The notes beneath the pieces were generated by a model, which was not told the DNA's origin, did not search any database, and saw only the letters and a list, made by a program, of their open reading frames with translations. The position numbers and the translations under genes were made by a program. A DNA stretch of 64,000 nt from an uncultured Gammaproteobacteria bacterium (GTDB taxonomy: Bacteria > Pseudomonadota > Gammaproteobacteria > Steroidobacterales > JBCBZW01), in assembly GCA_965369325.1 (NCBI GenBank), contig CBDUQI010000003.1, positions 3,639 to 67,638 of the forward strand. The letters run 5' to 3'. Shown here piece after piece: positions 1 to 9,147 of the stretch (positions are counted from its first letter, which is position 1; every line of letters starts with the position of its first letter).

Positions 1-2992
1 GGCGCTGAGCATTGGCTTCCCGGTGATGCTTAAGGCCAGTTGGGGCGGCGGCGGGCGCGGAATGCGTGTGCTGGAAAATGAGGCCGACCTGCGCAGCCAG
101 CTGTCGGTAGCACGGCGCGAATCGAAGTCCGCCTTTGGTAACGATGAGATGTATCTGGAGAAGCTGGTGCGTAACGCGCGCCACGTGGAGGTGCAGATCC
201 TAGGCGATACTCACGGCAATCTGGTGCATTTGTTCGAGCGTGACTGCTCGGTGCAGCGTCGACATCAAAAAGTGGTAGAGCGGGCACCTGCCCCGTACCT
301 GGATGCGGCCCAGCGTGAGCAGATTTGCGCTGCGGCCCTGCGCTTGGGGCGCGCTGTGGAGTACAGCAACGCAGGCACGGTCGAATTTCTGCAGGATGTG
401 GATACCGGCGAGTTCTACTTCATTGAGGTAAATCCGCGCGTGCAGGTGGAGCATACGGTCACTGAGCAGGTGACCGGCCTTGATATCGTCAAGTCGCAGA
501 TCCGTATTGCTGCCGGTGCGGTGATAGGCACCGACGAATCCGGCGTGCCGGCGCAGGCGGAGATCCGCTGCGAGGGGGCCGCGCTTCAGTGCCGGGTCAC
601 CACCGAGGACCCGCGCAACAACTTTATTCCGGATTACGGGCAGATAGTGGCCTATCGCAGCCCTTCAGGTCCCGGCATCCGCCTGGATGCGGGCACTGCC
701 TATTCAGGCGCGGTGATCACGCGCCACTACGACTCACTACTGGTGAAGGTGACTGCTGCGGGGCGGACCGCCCCTGAGGCGATCGACCGGATGCAGCGCG
801 CCTTGCGCGAGTTTCGGGTGCGTGGGGTGGAAACCAATCTGGCCTTTCTGCAAAAACTGATCAGCCATGAGGATTTTTTGGAGGGCGGATACAATACGCG
901 CTTCATCGATGACACACCTGATCTGATGCGGGTGGGCAAGAGCGATGTGGGTGCGACCAAGTTGCTGCAGTACGTGGGCGATGTGATTGTTAACCAGCAT
1001 CCGCAGGTAAAGGGACGGCGCTCACCGAAGATCCGGCGCGAACCCGTGGCGCCGGCATTGCCGGTCGCGCCGGTGGTGGATGGTCTGCGTCAGATGCTGC
1101 TGGCACAGGGCCCACAGGCGGTGGCTCAGTGGCTGAAGCAACAGCCGCACCCGCTGGTCACCGACACCACCTTTCGTGATGCACACCAGTCGCTGCTGGC
1201 CACACGCATGCGCACTATCGATATGCTGCGCATCGCCCCGCATTACGCGCGCCTGATGCCCACGCTGTTTTCAGTTGAGTCCTGGGGCGGAGCCACGTTT
1301 GATGTGGCTTACCGGTTTTTACGCGAGGACCCGTGGGAGCGACTGGCCGAGCTGTCCGCCCGGATGCCTAACCTGATGCAGCAGATGTTGCTGCGCGCGT
1401 CCAACGGCGTCGGCTACAAAAATTATCCTGACAACGTGGTGCGGTTTTTTGTCGAGCAGGCGGCAGATGCCGGTGTTGATGTGTTCCGCATTTTCGATTG
1501 CCTGAACTGGGCGCAGAACATGCGGGTGGCGATTGATGCTGTGGCCGCCACCGGCAAGATCGCCGAAGCTGCCATTTGCTACACCGGCGATTTGCTCAAC
1601 CCGCAACGCAGCAAGTACGACCTGGCGTACTACGTGGGCCTGGCGCGCGAGTTGGAGGATGCTGGCGCGCACATTCTGGGTATTAAGGATATGGCTGGCC
1701 TGCTTAAGCCTGCCTCCGCCCGCGTGCTGATCGCCGCTCTGCGCGATGAAATCTCCTTGCCGATTCATTTACACACCCACGATACCAGTGGCGCGGCGGC
1801 CGCCACCGTGCTGGCCGCGGCCGAGGCCGGCGTTGATGTGTTCGATGCAGCGATGGACTCAATGAGTGGGCTCACATCGCAGCCCAATATGGGCTCGATC
1901 GTATCGGCGCTGCAGTTTACCGAGCAGGATACGGGGCTGCAGCCAGATGTGATTCGGTTGCTGTCGGAGTACTGGGAGCAGGCGCGCGAGCAATACGCCG
2001 CGTTCGAGCCGGATATCCGCGCGGGCGCCTCGGAGGTGTACTTGCATGAAATGCCCGGCGGCCAGTTTACTAATCTGAAAGAGCAGGCTGCCTCACTGGG
2101 CATTGGCAGACGCTGGCCGGAAGTGGCTCGCGCGTACGCCGATGTTAACCAGATGTTTGGCGACATCGTGAAGGTCACACCGTCCTCCAAGGTGGTTGGC
2201 GACATGGCGTTGATGATGGTCACCTCGGGGACGAGCCGCGAGGACGTGTTGAACCCGCAGATGGAGATCGCGTTCCCGGAATCGGTGGTATCGCTGTTCG
2301 CCGGCGAATTGGGCCAACCGCCCGGCGGGTTCCCCAAGGCGCTGCAACGCAAAGTGTTGCGCGACCGGCCCGCCAGTGTGCAACGCCCGGGCAGTTTGCT
2401 GCCGCCGGTGGACTTGGATGCTGAACGAGCGAGTCTTAAGGGTGAACTGGAATCACCTAACGACCGGCAACTGGCCAGTCATCTGATGTATCCGAAGGTT
2501 TACGCCGAGTACCTGAGCCATCTAAGCGAATATGGTGATGTGGGCCGGTTGCCGAGCCATGTGTTTTTTTACGGCATGCAATCCGGCGAGGAGATCACTG
2601 TCGTGTTCGACGATGGCCGCCAAGTGATCGTACGCTATCTGACCGCCGCGGATGCGGATCCCGATGGTTTGAGCCGCCTGTTCTTCGAGGTGAACGGGCA
2701 GCCGATTTCGGTGCGTATCGCCGACCGCCAACTGGCCAGTTCCGTGGCACGGCGTGAGCAGGCAGACCCGGGTAACGCCGGGCATGTGGCCGCGCCTATG
2801 CCGGGCGTGATTGCCACGGTGTCGGTGGAGGCAGGGCAAAAAGTGAATCGAGGTGATCCGCTACTGAGTATCGAGGCGATGAAAATGGAAACCGTGGTCG
2901 CCGCAGATGTGGCTGGCACAGTGCGACGTGTCGTCGCGGCCTCCGGCACCCAGGTGGATGCTAAGGATTTGCTGGTCGAACTGGACGTATAG
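1..2992 (+). CDS. pyc: pyruvate carboxylase, single-chain type (5' end cut off by window edge)
   Basis: ORF 23..2992 has no stop upstream to the window edge. The translation shows the biotin-carboxylase ATP-grasp core (FIEVNPRVQVEHTVTE), the carboxyltransferase site (GIKDMAGLL, IHLHTHDTSG) and the C-terminal biotinyl-lysine motif (IEAMKMET). Confidence 0.93.
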   Translation, partial: ALSIGFPVMLKASWGGGGRGMRVLENEADLRSQLSVARRESKSAFGNDEMYLEKLVRNARHVEVQILGDTHGNLVHLFERDCSVQRRHQKVVERAPAPYLDAAQREQICAAALRLGRAVEYSNAGTVEFLQDVDTGEFYFIEVNPRVQVEHTVTEQVTGLDIVKSQIRIAAGAVIGTDESGVPAQAEIRCEGAALQCRVTTEDPRNNFIPDYGQIVAYRSPSGPGIRLDAGTAYSGAVITRHYDSLLVKVTAAGRTAPEAIDRMQRALREFRVRGVETNLAFLQKLISHEDFLEGGYNTRFIDDTPDLMRVGKSDVGATKLLQYVGDVIVNQHPQVKGRRSPKIRREPVAPALPVAPVVDGLRQMLLAQGPQAVAQWLKQQPHPLVTDTTFRDAHQSLLATRMRTIDMLRIAPHYARLMPTLFSVESWGGATFDVAYRFLREDPWERLAELSARMPNLMQQMLLRASNGVGYKNYPDNVVRFFVEQAADAGVDVFRIFDCLNWAQNMRVAIDAVAATGKIAEAAICYTGDLLNPQRSKYDLAYYVGLARELEDAGAHILGIKDMAGLLKPASARVLIAALRDEISLPIHLHTHDTSGAAAATVLAAAEAGVDVFDAAMDSMSGLTSQPNMGSIVSALQFTEQDTGLQPDVIRLLSEYWEQAREQYAAFEPDIRAGASEVYLHEMPGGQFTNLKEQAASLGIGRRWPEVARAYADVNQMFGDIVKVTPSSKVVGDMALMMVTSGTSREDVLNPQMEIAFPESVVSLFAGELGQPPGGFPKALQRKVLRDRPASVQRPGSLLPPVDLDAERASLKGELESPNDRQLASHLMYPKVYAEYLSHLSEYGDVGRLPSHVFFYGMQSGEEITVVFDDGRQVIVRYLTAADADPDGLSRLFFEVNGQPISVRIADRQLASSVARREQADPGNAGHVAAPMPGVIATVSVEAGQKVNRGDPLLSIEAMKMETVVAADVAGTVRRVVAASGTQVDAKDLLVELDV

Positions 2993-4254
2993 TGGTGGCG
3001 CTAAAACCAAGTCAGTTTGCGGATTCTGGGCTTGCCCCTTCGGGGCAAATCAAAATCGACTGGGTACGGCGTAATATGCCTATCCTAAATCAGATTAAGG
3101 CACGGTTCGTCGCGGAGCAGCCCTTTGCGGGCCTGAACGTGCTTTGCTGCCTGCACCTAGAAGCGAAGACGGCGTATCTGGCCCAGATACTGGCGGCGGG
3201 TGGCGCGCGGGTGGCCGTATGCGGCAGCAATGCACATTCCACCAAAGATGATGTGGCGGCGGCGCTGGCGACATCCGGCGTGCGTGTGTATGCGCATCAT
3301 GGGGCCAGCGATGCGCAAATGCACCAGTATATGAACGACGCGCTGGATATCGAGCCCAATATTATTATCGACGATGGTGGCGACATCGTGGAAATATTGC
3401 ACACCGAAAGGCGTGAGCTGCTGACGCAAATATGGGGCGCGTGCGAGGAGACGACCAGTGGCGTGGTGCGGGCGCAGGCGCGTGAGCAAGCTGGCGAGCT
3501 GGCTTTCCCTGTAGTGTTAATCAACGACGCGCGTTGTAAGTATCTGTTCGATAACTACCACGGCACCGGGCAGTCGGTGTGGGACGGTTTTATGCGGGCG
3601 ACCAATTTGTCGATATGTGGTCGTACGGTGGTGGTGATCGGTTACGGCTGGTGCGGTAAAGGGTGTGCCGACCGCGCGCGCGGCCTGGGCGCCCGCGTCA
3701 TTGTGTGCGAGGTGGATCCGGTCAGCGCGGTGGAGGCGCACTTACAGGGTTTTGAGGTGATGCCCCTGCGCGAGGCGGTAACTCATGGCGATGTGTTGCT
3801 AACGGTTACTGGCGGAAAACATGCGCTGGATGCCGCACACTTTCCGCTGATGAAAGATGGCGTTGTGTTAGCCAACGCCGGGCACTTTGCGCGAGAGATT
3901 AATCTGGGCGCGTTGCGTGAGCAGGCGGTCGCGGTGCAGGAACTGCGGGAAAATGTGCAGGGCTTTGAGATGTCGGATGGGCGCTGGCTCTATTTGCTGG
4001 GCAACGGTGGACTGGTGAACATCTCCTGCGCGGATGGACATCCGGCAGATATCATGGATACCAGTTTTGCGTTACAGGCCTTGTCGGCGCAGTATCTGGT
4101 ACGCCAGCGCGGCCAGTCGCGCGCGGGCACCGTGGTGGTGCCGGAGCAGATCGATCTGCAGGTGGCCAGTTTGCGGCTCAGTGGGCTGGGAGTTCAAATC
4201 GATACGCTCACGGAGCAGCAACGCGATTACCTGATTTGCGTACCTGACGCCTGA
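2992..4254 (+). CDS. ahcY: S-adenosyl-L-homocysteine hydrolase, short archaeal/Thermotoga-like type
   Basis: The GTG start overlaps the pyc TAG (TAGTG). Motifs present: HLEAKTAYL, GSNAHSTKDDVAAAL, IIDDGGD, CEETTSGV, NDARCKYLFDNYHGTGQS, Rossmann GYGWCGKGCA and GHFAREI. Length is 420 aa. Confidence 0.8.
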   Translation: MVALKPSQFADSGLAPSGQIKIDWVRRNMPILNQIKARFVAEQPFAGLNVLCCLHLEAKTAYLAQILAAGGARVAVCGSNAHSTKDDVAAALATSGVRVYAHHGASDAQMHQYMNDALDIEPNIIIDDGGDIVEILHTERRELLTQIWGACEETTSGVVRAQAREQAGELAFPVVLINDARCKYLFDNYHGTGQSVWDGFMRATNLSICGRTVVVIGYGWCGKGCADRARGLGARVIVCEVDPVSAVEAHLQGFEVMPLREAVTHGDVLLTVTGGKHALDAAHFPLMKDGVVLANAGHFAREINLGALREQAVAVQELRENVQGFEMSDGRWLYLLGNGGLVNISCADGHPADIMDTSFALQALSAQYLVRQRGQSRAGTVVVPEQIDLQVASLRLSGLGVQIDTLTEQQRDYLICVPDA

Positions 4255-4681
4255 TGGGCGAATTTTCGCTGAATTTCATGGTCAGACGGTTGATCCTGCC
4301 ATCGCGAACATAGTCCACGTCATCGGCAACCATTTTGATAATGCACAGGCCCATGCCGCCCTCGGGTAGTGCCTGGACATCGGTGCTGTCGAAGTCAAGT
4401 TCCGCCGGCGCTTGACGAAAATCGATCGGGTCCATGCCGCGCCCGTGGTCCTGAATCTGCAAGACAATTTTGTCCTGCTCAAAATGAAGCTTCACATCCA
4501 CCGTATCCTGAGTGTCATTAGGATAGCTGTGTTCGATGACATTGTTGAGCGCCTCGCCCATGGCGCTCTCCAAGATGCCCGTGTCCTCACCCAGTTTGTC
4601 CCCAACCAGCATTGCTACGCATCGACTTATGAGCCCGACGTGGTCGTACTTATTGGGGATGCTAAGTGTCAGCGTTTGCAT
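4208..4681 (-). CDS. RsbW/SpoIIAB-type serine protein kinase (anti-sigma regulatory factor family)
   Basis: 157 aa with N-box EALNNVIEH, G1 DHGRGMD and G2 GGMGLCIIK. It starts 12 nt after the stop of the upstream nucleotidyltransferase gene. Its last 47 nt overlap the ahcY 3' end convergently. Confidence 0.8.
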   Translation of the reverse strand: MQTLTLSIPNKYDHVGLISRCVAMLVGDKLGEDTGILESAMGEALNNVIEHSYPNDTQDTVDVKLHFEQDKIVLQIQDHGRGMDPIDFRQAPAELDFDSTDVQALPEGGMGLCIIKMVADDVDYVRDGRINRLTMKFSENSPIRRQVRKSGNRVAAP

Positions 4682-4693
4682 CTTCGGACCGCG

Positions 4694-5866
4694 TTACGCT
4701 GATTTTCTCACCATAGCAGCGTCACGCAATGCCCGCTGCCACGGATCCAGCGGATTTTCGCAGCGAGCGTCATCAATCAGCCACTGGCACTGTAGTTCCT
4801 TCAGATCCAGCGCAGATCCGTTGCGAGAGATTACATATTGGTCAATCAGCATTAGATCGCAAATCTCAGCAGTCTCCTGAATACGTTTGAAATCATCAAT
4901 GTGACAGCGCTCAATGCGTGCCCCGGATTCAATTACGCAATTACTGCCGATCGACGTGGGCCCGATAATGGTTGCACCGGGTTCAATTCGGGTACCGCTC
5001 CCGATGTAGACGGGCCCTTGAATGTTGACCGCATCCAGATCGACCCTGAGACTAATTCCACCGAATACGCCCGGCGCCAGCACCTGACCGGGGCGCTTGA
5101 AAGTACTGACCTCACCGCGCAGCAACCGTTCCATGCAGTGGAAGTACTCGGCAACAGAGCCGATGTCCAGCCAATTGAACTGCATCGGCAAGCCGTAGAG
5201 TGGGTGCCCTTGCTCGACCAGCATCGGGAGCAGCTCGCTGCCGATATCATAGTGCTGCCCGCCCGGGATGAGGTCGAGTACTTGCGGCTCAAACATGTAG
5301 ATGCCGGTATTGATGGTGGTGGAGACGGTTTCCTGCGGGCTGGGTTTATCCTGGGACTGCACAATGCGTCCTTCGACATCGGTTTTAACTACACCGTATC
5401 TGGATGCTTCGGATGGATCGACATCGCGCAAGACAATTGTGGCCACTGAGCCGCGGGCCTTGTGGAAGCGATACAGCTCCTCAATATCGAAGTCCAAATA
5501 GGCATCGCCGCACAGCACCATGAATGTATCATCGAAGAAGCCAGAGAAGTTCTGGATCTTCTTCATCCCGCCGGCGGATCCCAGCGCGTCTCCCTTGAGC
5601 TCATCACCCACCATGCTGCCTTCGAACGAGTATGAAAGATTAACCCCAAACCGCTCCCCATCACGAAAGTAGTTCTGGATCATCGGCGACATGTAGCTGG
5701 TGTTCACTACAATATCTTCCACGCCGAAATTTTGTAGATGCGCGATGATGGTTTCCATCACTGGTTTGCGTAGCAATGGAATCATCGGTTTGGGCATGGC
5801 GAGTGTGATTGGACGCATCCGCATGCCCTTTCCAGCGGCAAGTATCATAGCTTTCATACGATTCAT
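4694..5866 (-). CDS. sugar-1-phosphate nucleotidyltransferase with C-terminal left-handed beta-helix domain
   Basis: The N-terminus MKAMILAAGKGMRMRPIT..PKPM matches the GxGxRxxP nucleotidyltransferase signature. The C-terminal half has hexapeptide-like repeats (IGSGTRIEPGATIIGPTSIGSNCVIESGARI). The start may be ATG 5857 instead of 5866. Confidence 0.8.
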   Translation of the reverse strand: MNRMKAMILAAGKGMRMRPITLAMPKPMIPLLRKPVMETIIAHLQNFGVEDIVVNTSYMSPMIQNYFRDGERFGVNLSYSFEGSMVGDELKGDALGSAGGMKKIQNFSGFFDDTFMVLCGDAYLDFDIEELYRFHKARGSVATIVLRDVDPSEASRYGVVKTDVEGRIVQSQDKPSPQETVSTTINTGIYMFEPQVLDLIPGGQHYDIGSELLPMLVEQGHPLYGLPMQFNWLDIGSVAEYFHCMERLLRGEVSTFKRPGQVLAPGVFGGISLRVDLDAVNIQGPVYIGSGTRIEPGATIIGPTSIGSNCVIESGARIERCHIDDFKRIQETAEICDLMLIDQYVISRNGSALDLKELQCQWLIDDARCENPLDPWQRALRDAAMVRKSA

Positions 5867-5898
5867 CTGTTGTGATTGGCAGGGGTATGAAGTGGCTT

Positions 5899-6228
5899 TT
5901 AGGCCGCGAGGGCTCCTTCAACGGTGCCGTAGATCGAGAACACGTTGTTCATGCAAGTGAGTTCAAACACCGACATTACACACTCATTCAGGTTGCATAG
6001 CTTGATGCTGCCGGTGTGCCCGATGCTCTTCAGCACGGCGACAATTGCACCAAGACCGCTACTATCGATGAAATGCACGCTTGTCAGATCCAGTACAATC
6101 TGACGCTCACCGGCGTCGATGTAGTCCACCATGGCATCCTTGAAGTCGACCGCAATGGCGGCGTCTAGACGCTCGTCGTGAACGCTTACCACTAGAACAT
6201 CGTCAACCTTACGGTCTTGAATCAGCAT
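5899..6228 (-). CDS. STAS-domain anti-sigma-factor antagonist (SpoIIAA/RsbV family)
   Basis: 109 aa counted from the internal ATG at 6228, which is preceded by GGAGAA. It carries the conserved phosphorylatable-serine context LDLTSVHFIDSSGLGAIV. The longer ORF to 6345 has a non-homologous N-extension. Confidence 0.85.
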   Translation of the reverse strand: MLIQDRKVDDVLVVSVHDERLDAAIAVDFKDAMVDYIDAGERQIVLDLTSVHFIDSSGLGAIVAVLKSIGHTGSIKLCNLNECVMSVFELTCMNNVFSIYGTVEGALAA

Positions 6229-6391
6229 TTGTGTTCTCCACAGCGGTTGCAAAAAAAGAAGGTCTAGTTGGATGTCGGCGGCATTACAGTGCGCTTTAGC
6301 GCACAGTGTGACCCAGGTCGCACTGTTCAACGCAAAAAGGACCATGGACGACAGCGATCTCCTCTGCCTTGCGGTTTCAAGCGTGTGAACT

Positions 6392-8863
6392 CTAGGCGAC
6401 GTTGGTCTTCGAGCGATTTTTGCCGCTCAGGTGCCAGATTTGCGAGGCGTACTCCGCAATCGTGCGGTCGCTTGAGAACTTGCCGGTTCGCGCCACGTTC
6501 AATATTGCCCGCCGTGCCCACTCCTCCGGTTGGCGGTAGTCCTCGCTAACGGTATCTTGCACCCGCACATAGTCTTCAAAGTCAGCCAGGTGCATGTAGT
6601 AGTCGCCACCACTGGTCAGAAGATCGAAGATGGGTCGGAATAGGCCAGGATCGCCGGGCGCGAAGGTGTCGCCCGCCAAGCTGTCCAGTACGCGACGGAT
6701 GTCCGCGTTGCGCTCGTAGTATGCCCAAGGGTTGTAGCCGTCCTGGCGGAAAGCTTTTACTTGATCGCCCGTGAGACCGAAGATGTAGATGTTCTCATCA
6801 CCCACCTCTTCACGAATCTCAACGTTGGCGCCATCCAGCGTGCCCACAGTGAGTGCGCCGTTCAAGGCGAGCTTCATGTTGCCTGTGCCTGAGGCTTCAT
6901 ATCCAGCAGTGGATACCTGCTCGCTGACATCAGCCGCAGGAATGATCTTCTCTGCAGAGGACACTTTGTAGTCCGGGAAGAACACGACTCTTAGTTGATC
7001 ACGTGCTTCGGGCTCGCGCTCGATCGCCTCGCCCAGGCTGTTAATAAACTTGATAATCAGCTTGGCAATGTCGTAGCCCGGTGCGGCCTTGCCGGCGAAG
7101 ATGAAGGTGCGTGGCGTGTTCAATCGAGCGCCATCGTGTACCACGCGGTGGTACAGATGGGCGATATGCAGCGCGTTCAGAAGCTGCCGTTTGTACTCGT
7201 GAATCCGCTTAATTTGCACGTCGAAAAGAGTGCTGGGATCGACTTCAGTTTGGGTAACGCGCTTGATCTGTTGCGCCAGTGCCCGTTTGTTGGCCAGTTT
7301 AACCTGTTGGAAGGCGTGGATGAACTCAGGGTTGCCGGCCACCGCCTCAAGTTCGCGCAGCTCATCTAATTGAGTAATCCAGCCGTCGCCGATGTGCTCG
7401 GTAATAAGACTTGAAAGACCGGGGTTGCACAGAGCCAGCCAACGTCGTTGGGTGACGCCGTTGGTTTTGTTGCAGAACTTATCCGGCCACATCTGGTAGA
7501 AGTCCGGCACCAAATCTGTCTTGACCAGTTCGGTGTGCATCGCGGCAACGCCGTTAACTTTGTGGCTCCCGACAATTGACAGGTTAGCCATGTGCACCTG
7601 CCGATGCTCGCCTTCTTCGAGGATGGACATGCGCTGTAGTTTGCCCGGATCATTCGGGAACCGGTCCTCCACCTGCGCTAAGAAGCGCGCATTGATCTCG
7701 TAGATAATCTGGATGTGGCGGGGCAGAAGATACTCAACAAGCCCGACCGGCCATTTTTCCAGCGCTTCCGGCAGCAATGTGTGGTTGGTGTACGCCAGTG
7801 TACGTGTGGTGATGCTCCACGCCGCGTCCCAGCTAACGCTGTGCTCATCGACCAGAATCCGCATCAGCTCCGCAACCGCCATTGCAGGATGGGTATCGTT
7901 CAGCTGAATAGCCGCTCGGTCGGGGAGCTCGCTGACACGGTAACCCTTGGCCAGATGCTGACGCAGAATATCGCGGATCGCGCAGGCAACAAAAAAGTAC
8001 TCCTGGGTGAGGCGCAGCTCTTTGCCGGCCTCAGCGGCATCGGAAGGGTACAAAAGCTTGGAGACAGTCTCGGAGGAGATCTTCTGCTGCACCGCACGCA
8101 CATAGTCGCCAGAGTTGAAAATACTCATGTCAAATTCATCGGAGGAGCGGGCCGAGAACAGGCGCAGATAGTTTACCGTGCCGCCTCCGTAGCCGACGAT
8201 GGGCATGTCGTACGGCACGCCCACCAGAACATCCCAGTTAACCCATTGAGGCGTGTAGCTGCCGTGGGTGTCGTACCCGTGCTGGATGCGTCCGTGCAAA
8301 GGCACCACACAACTGTGTTCCACGCGTTCAATTTGCCAATGCGTGCCGTTGACCGTCCAATGGTCTGGCCGTTCGCGCTGGTAACCATTCACAAACGACT
8401 GTCTGAACAGGCCGTACTCGTAATTGATGCCGTATCCATACCCGGGATAACCGAGGGTGGCCAGCGAGTCCAAAAAGCATGCGGCTAGACGCCCAAGGCC
8501 ACCGTTGCCCAGCGCGGGATCCAGCTCGTTTTCCAACACATCGCTAAGTTGCCACCCGAGGCGATCACAAGCCTCTTCAAACAGGCCCAGCAAGCCGAGA
8601 TTGCACAAGTTATTATGCAGCAATCGCCCGATTAGGAACTCCAGCGACAAGTAGTAAACGGCCTTCTCACCTTGATTGCTGTGCGCCGTGTTCAGCAATC
8701 CGCTGAGGACGAATTCCCGCGCGCTCATGGTCACCGCCGCGGTGCAGTCGGTCAGGGTTGCCTCCGATGGGTACTTGCCCAGGCTGTAGCGCAGGTGGTA
8801 CTCGATTGAGTGCATGACTGACTTAACGTCTTTACGCGGCTGCAATCGGGTGTTTATCGCCAT
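6392..8863 (-). CDS. glgP: glycogen/maltodextrin phosphorylase
   Basis: 823 aa with the pyridoxal-phosphate lysine motif EASGTGNMKLALNGALTVGTLDGANVEI and typical phosphorylase blocks (LGNGGLGRLAACFLDS, RIHEYKRQLLN). Confidence 0.93.
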   Translation of the reverse strand: MAINTRLQPRKDVKSVMHSIEYHLRYSLGKYPSEATLTDCTAAVTMSAREFVLSGLLNTAHSNQGEKAVYYLSLEFLIGRLLHNNLCNLGLLGLFEEACDRLGWQLSDVLENELDPALGNGGLGRLAACFLDSLATLGYPGYGYGINYEYGLFRQSFVNGYQRERPDHWTVNGTHWQIERVEHSCVVPLHGRIQHGYDTHGSYTPQWVNWDVLVGVPYDMPIVGYGGGTVNYLRLFSARSSDEFDMSIFNSGDYVRAVQQKISSETVSKLLYPSDAAEAGKELRLTQEYFFVACAIRDILRQHLAKGYRVSELPDRAAIQLNDTHPAMAVAELMRILVDEHSVSWDAAWSITTRTLAYTNHTLLPEALEKWPVGLVEYLLPRHIQIIYEINARFLAQVEDRFPNDPGKLQRMSILEEGEHRQVHMANLSIVGSHKVNGVAAMHTELVKTDLVPDFYQMWPDKFCNKTNGVTQRRWLALCNPGLSSLITEHIGDGWITQLDELRELEAVAGNPEFIHAFQQVKLANKRALAQQIKRVTQTEVDPSTLFDVQIKRIHEYKRQLLNALHIAHLYHRVVHDGARLNTPRTFIFAGKAAPGYDIAKLIIKFINSLGEAIEREPEARDQLRVVFFPDYKVSSAEKIIPAADVSEQVSTAGYEASGTGNMKLALNGALTVGTLDGANVEIREEVGDENIYIFGLTGDQVKAFRQDGYNPWAYYERNADIRRVLDSLAGDTFAPGDPGLFRPIFDLLTSGGDYYMHLADFEDYVRVQDTVSEDYRQPEEWARRAILNVARTGKFSSDRTIAEYASQIWHLSGKNRSKTNVA

Positions 8864-9147
8864 AGCACGTATTCCTCGGGTAGGGGCGGCGTCCGGGATG
8901 ATCCGGTAGTCCTGCCCTTATCGGCGTCTGCGTGCTGCGCTTTAGAGAATCGGTGATGCTGGCACCGCGGTAAATGGCGCGTGCCGCGGACAAACTCGCC
9001 CGATAACGGCATCTTGAGGGCAAGTGGTGCGGCTACAATTAGCGCTTAGGGTCATGCACTGCTCAATTGTGGGTGTTGTACCGGCCGACGATCGGGCACA
9101 ATCTCGCCATCGCGCGTCAACCTCGCCAACCCAGTTTAAGAATAGGC

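Noticed and set aside
7715-8488. 257-aa plus-strand ORF inside glgP. Similar long shadow ORFs occur at 16029..16694, 20705..21298, 26418..27290, 31107..31862, 46834..47418 and 52198..52869.
   Set aside because: They lie antisense to, or out of frame within, genes with clear family motifs. Their translations are Arg/Ala/Pro/Gly-rich with no motifs. This is typical of shadow ORFs in GC-rich DNA.
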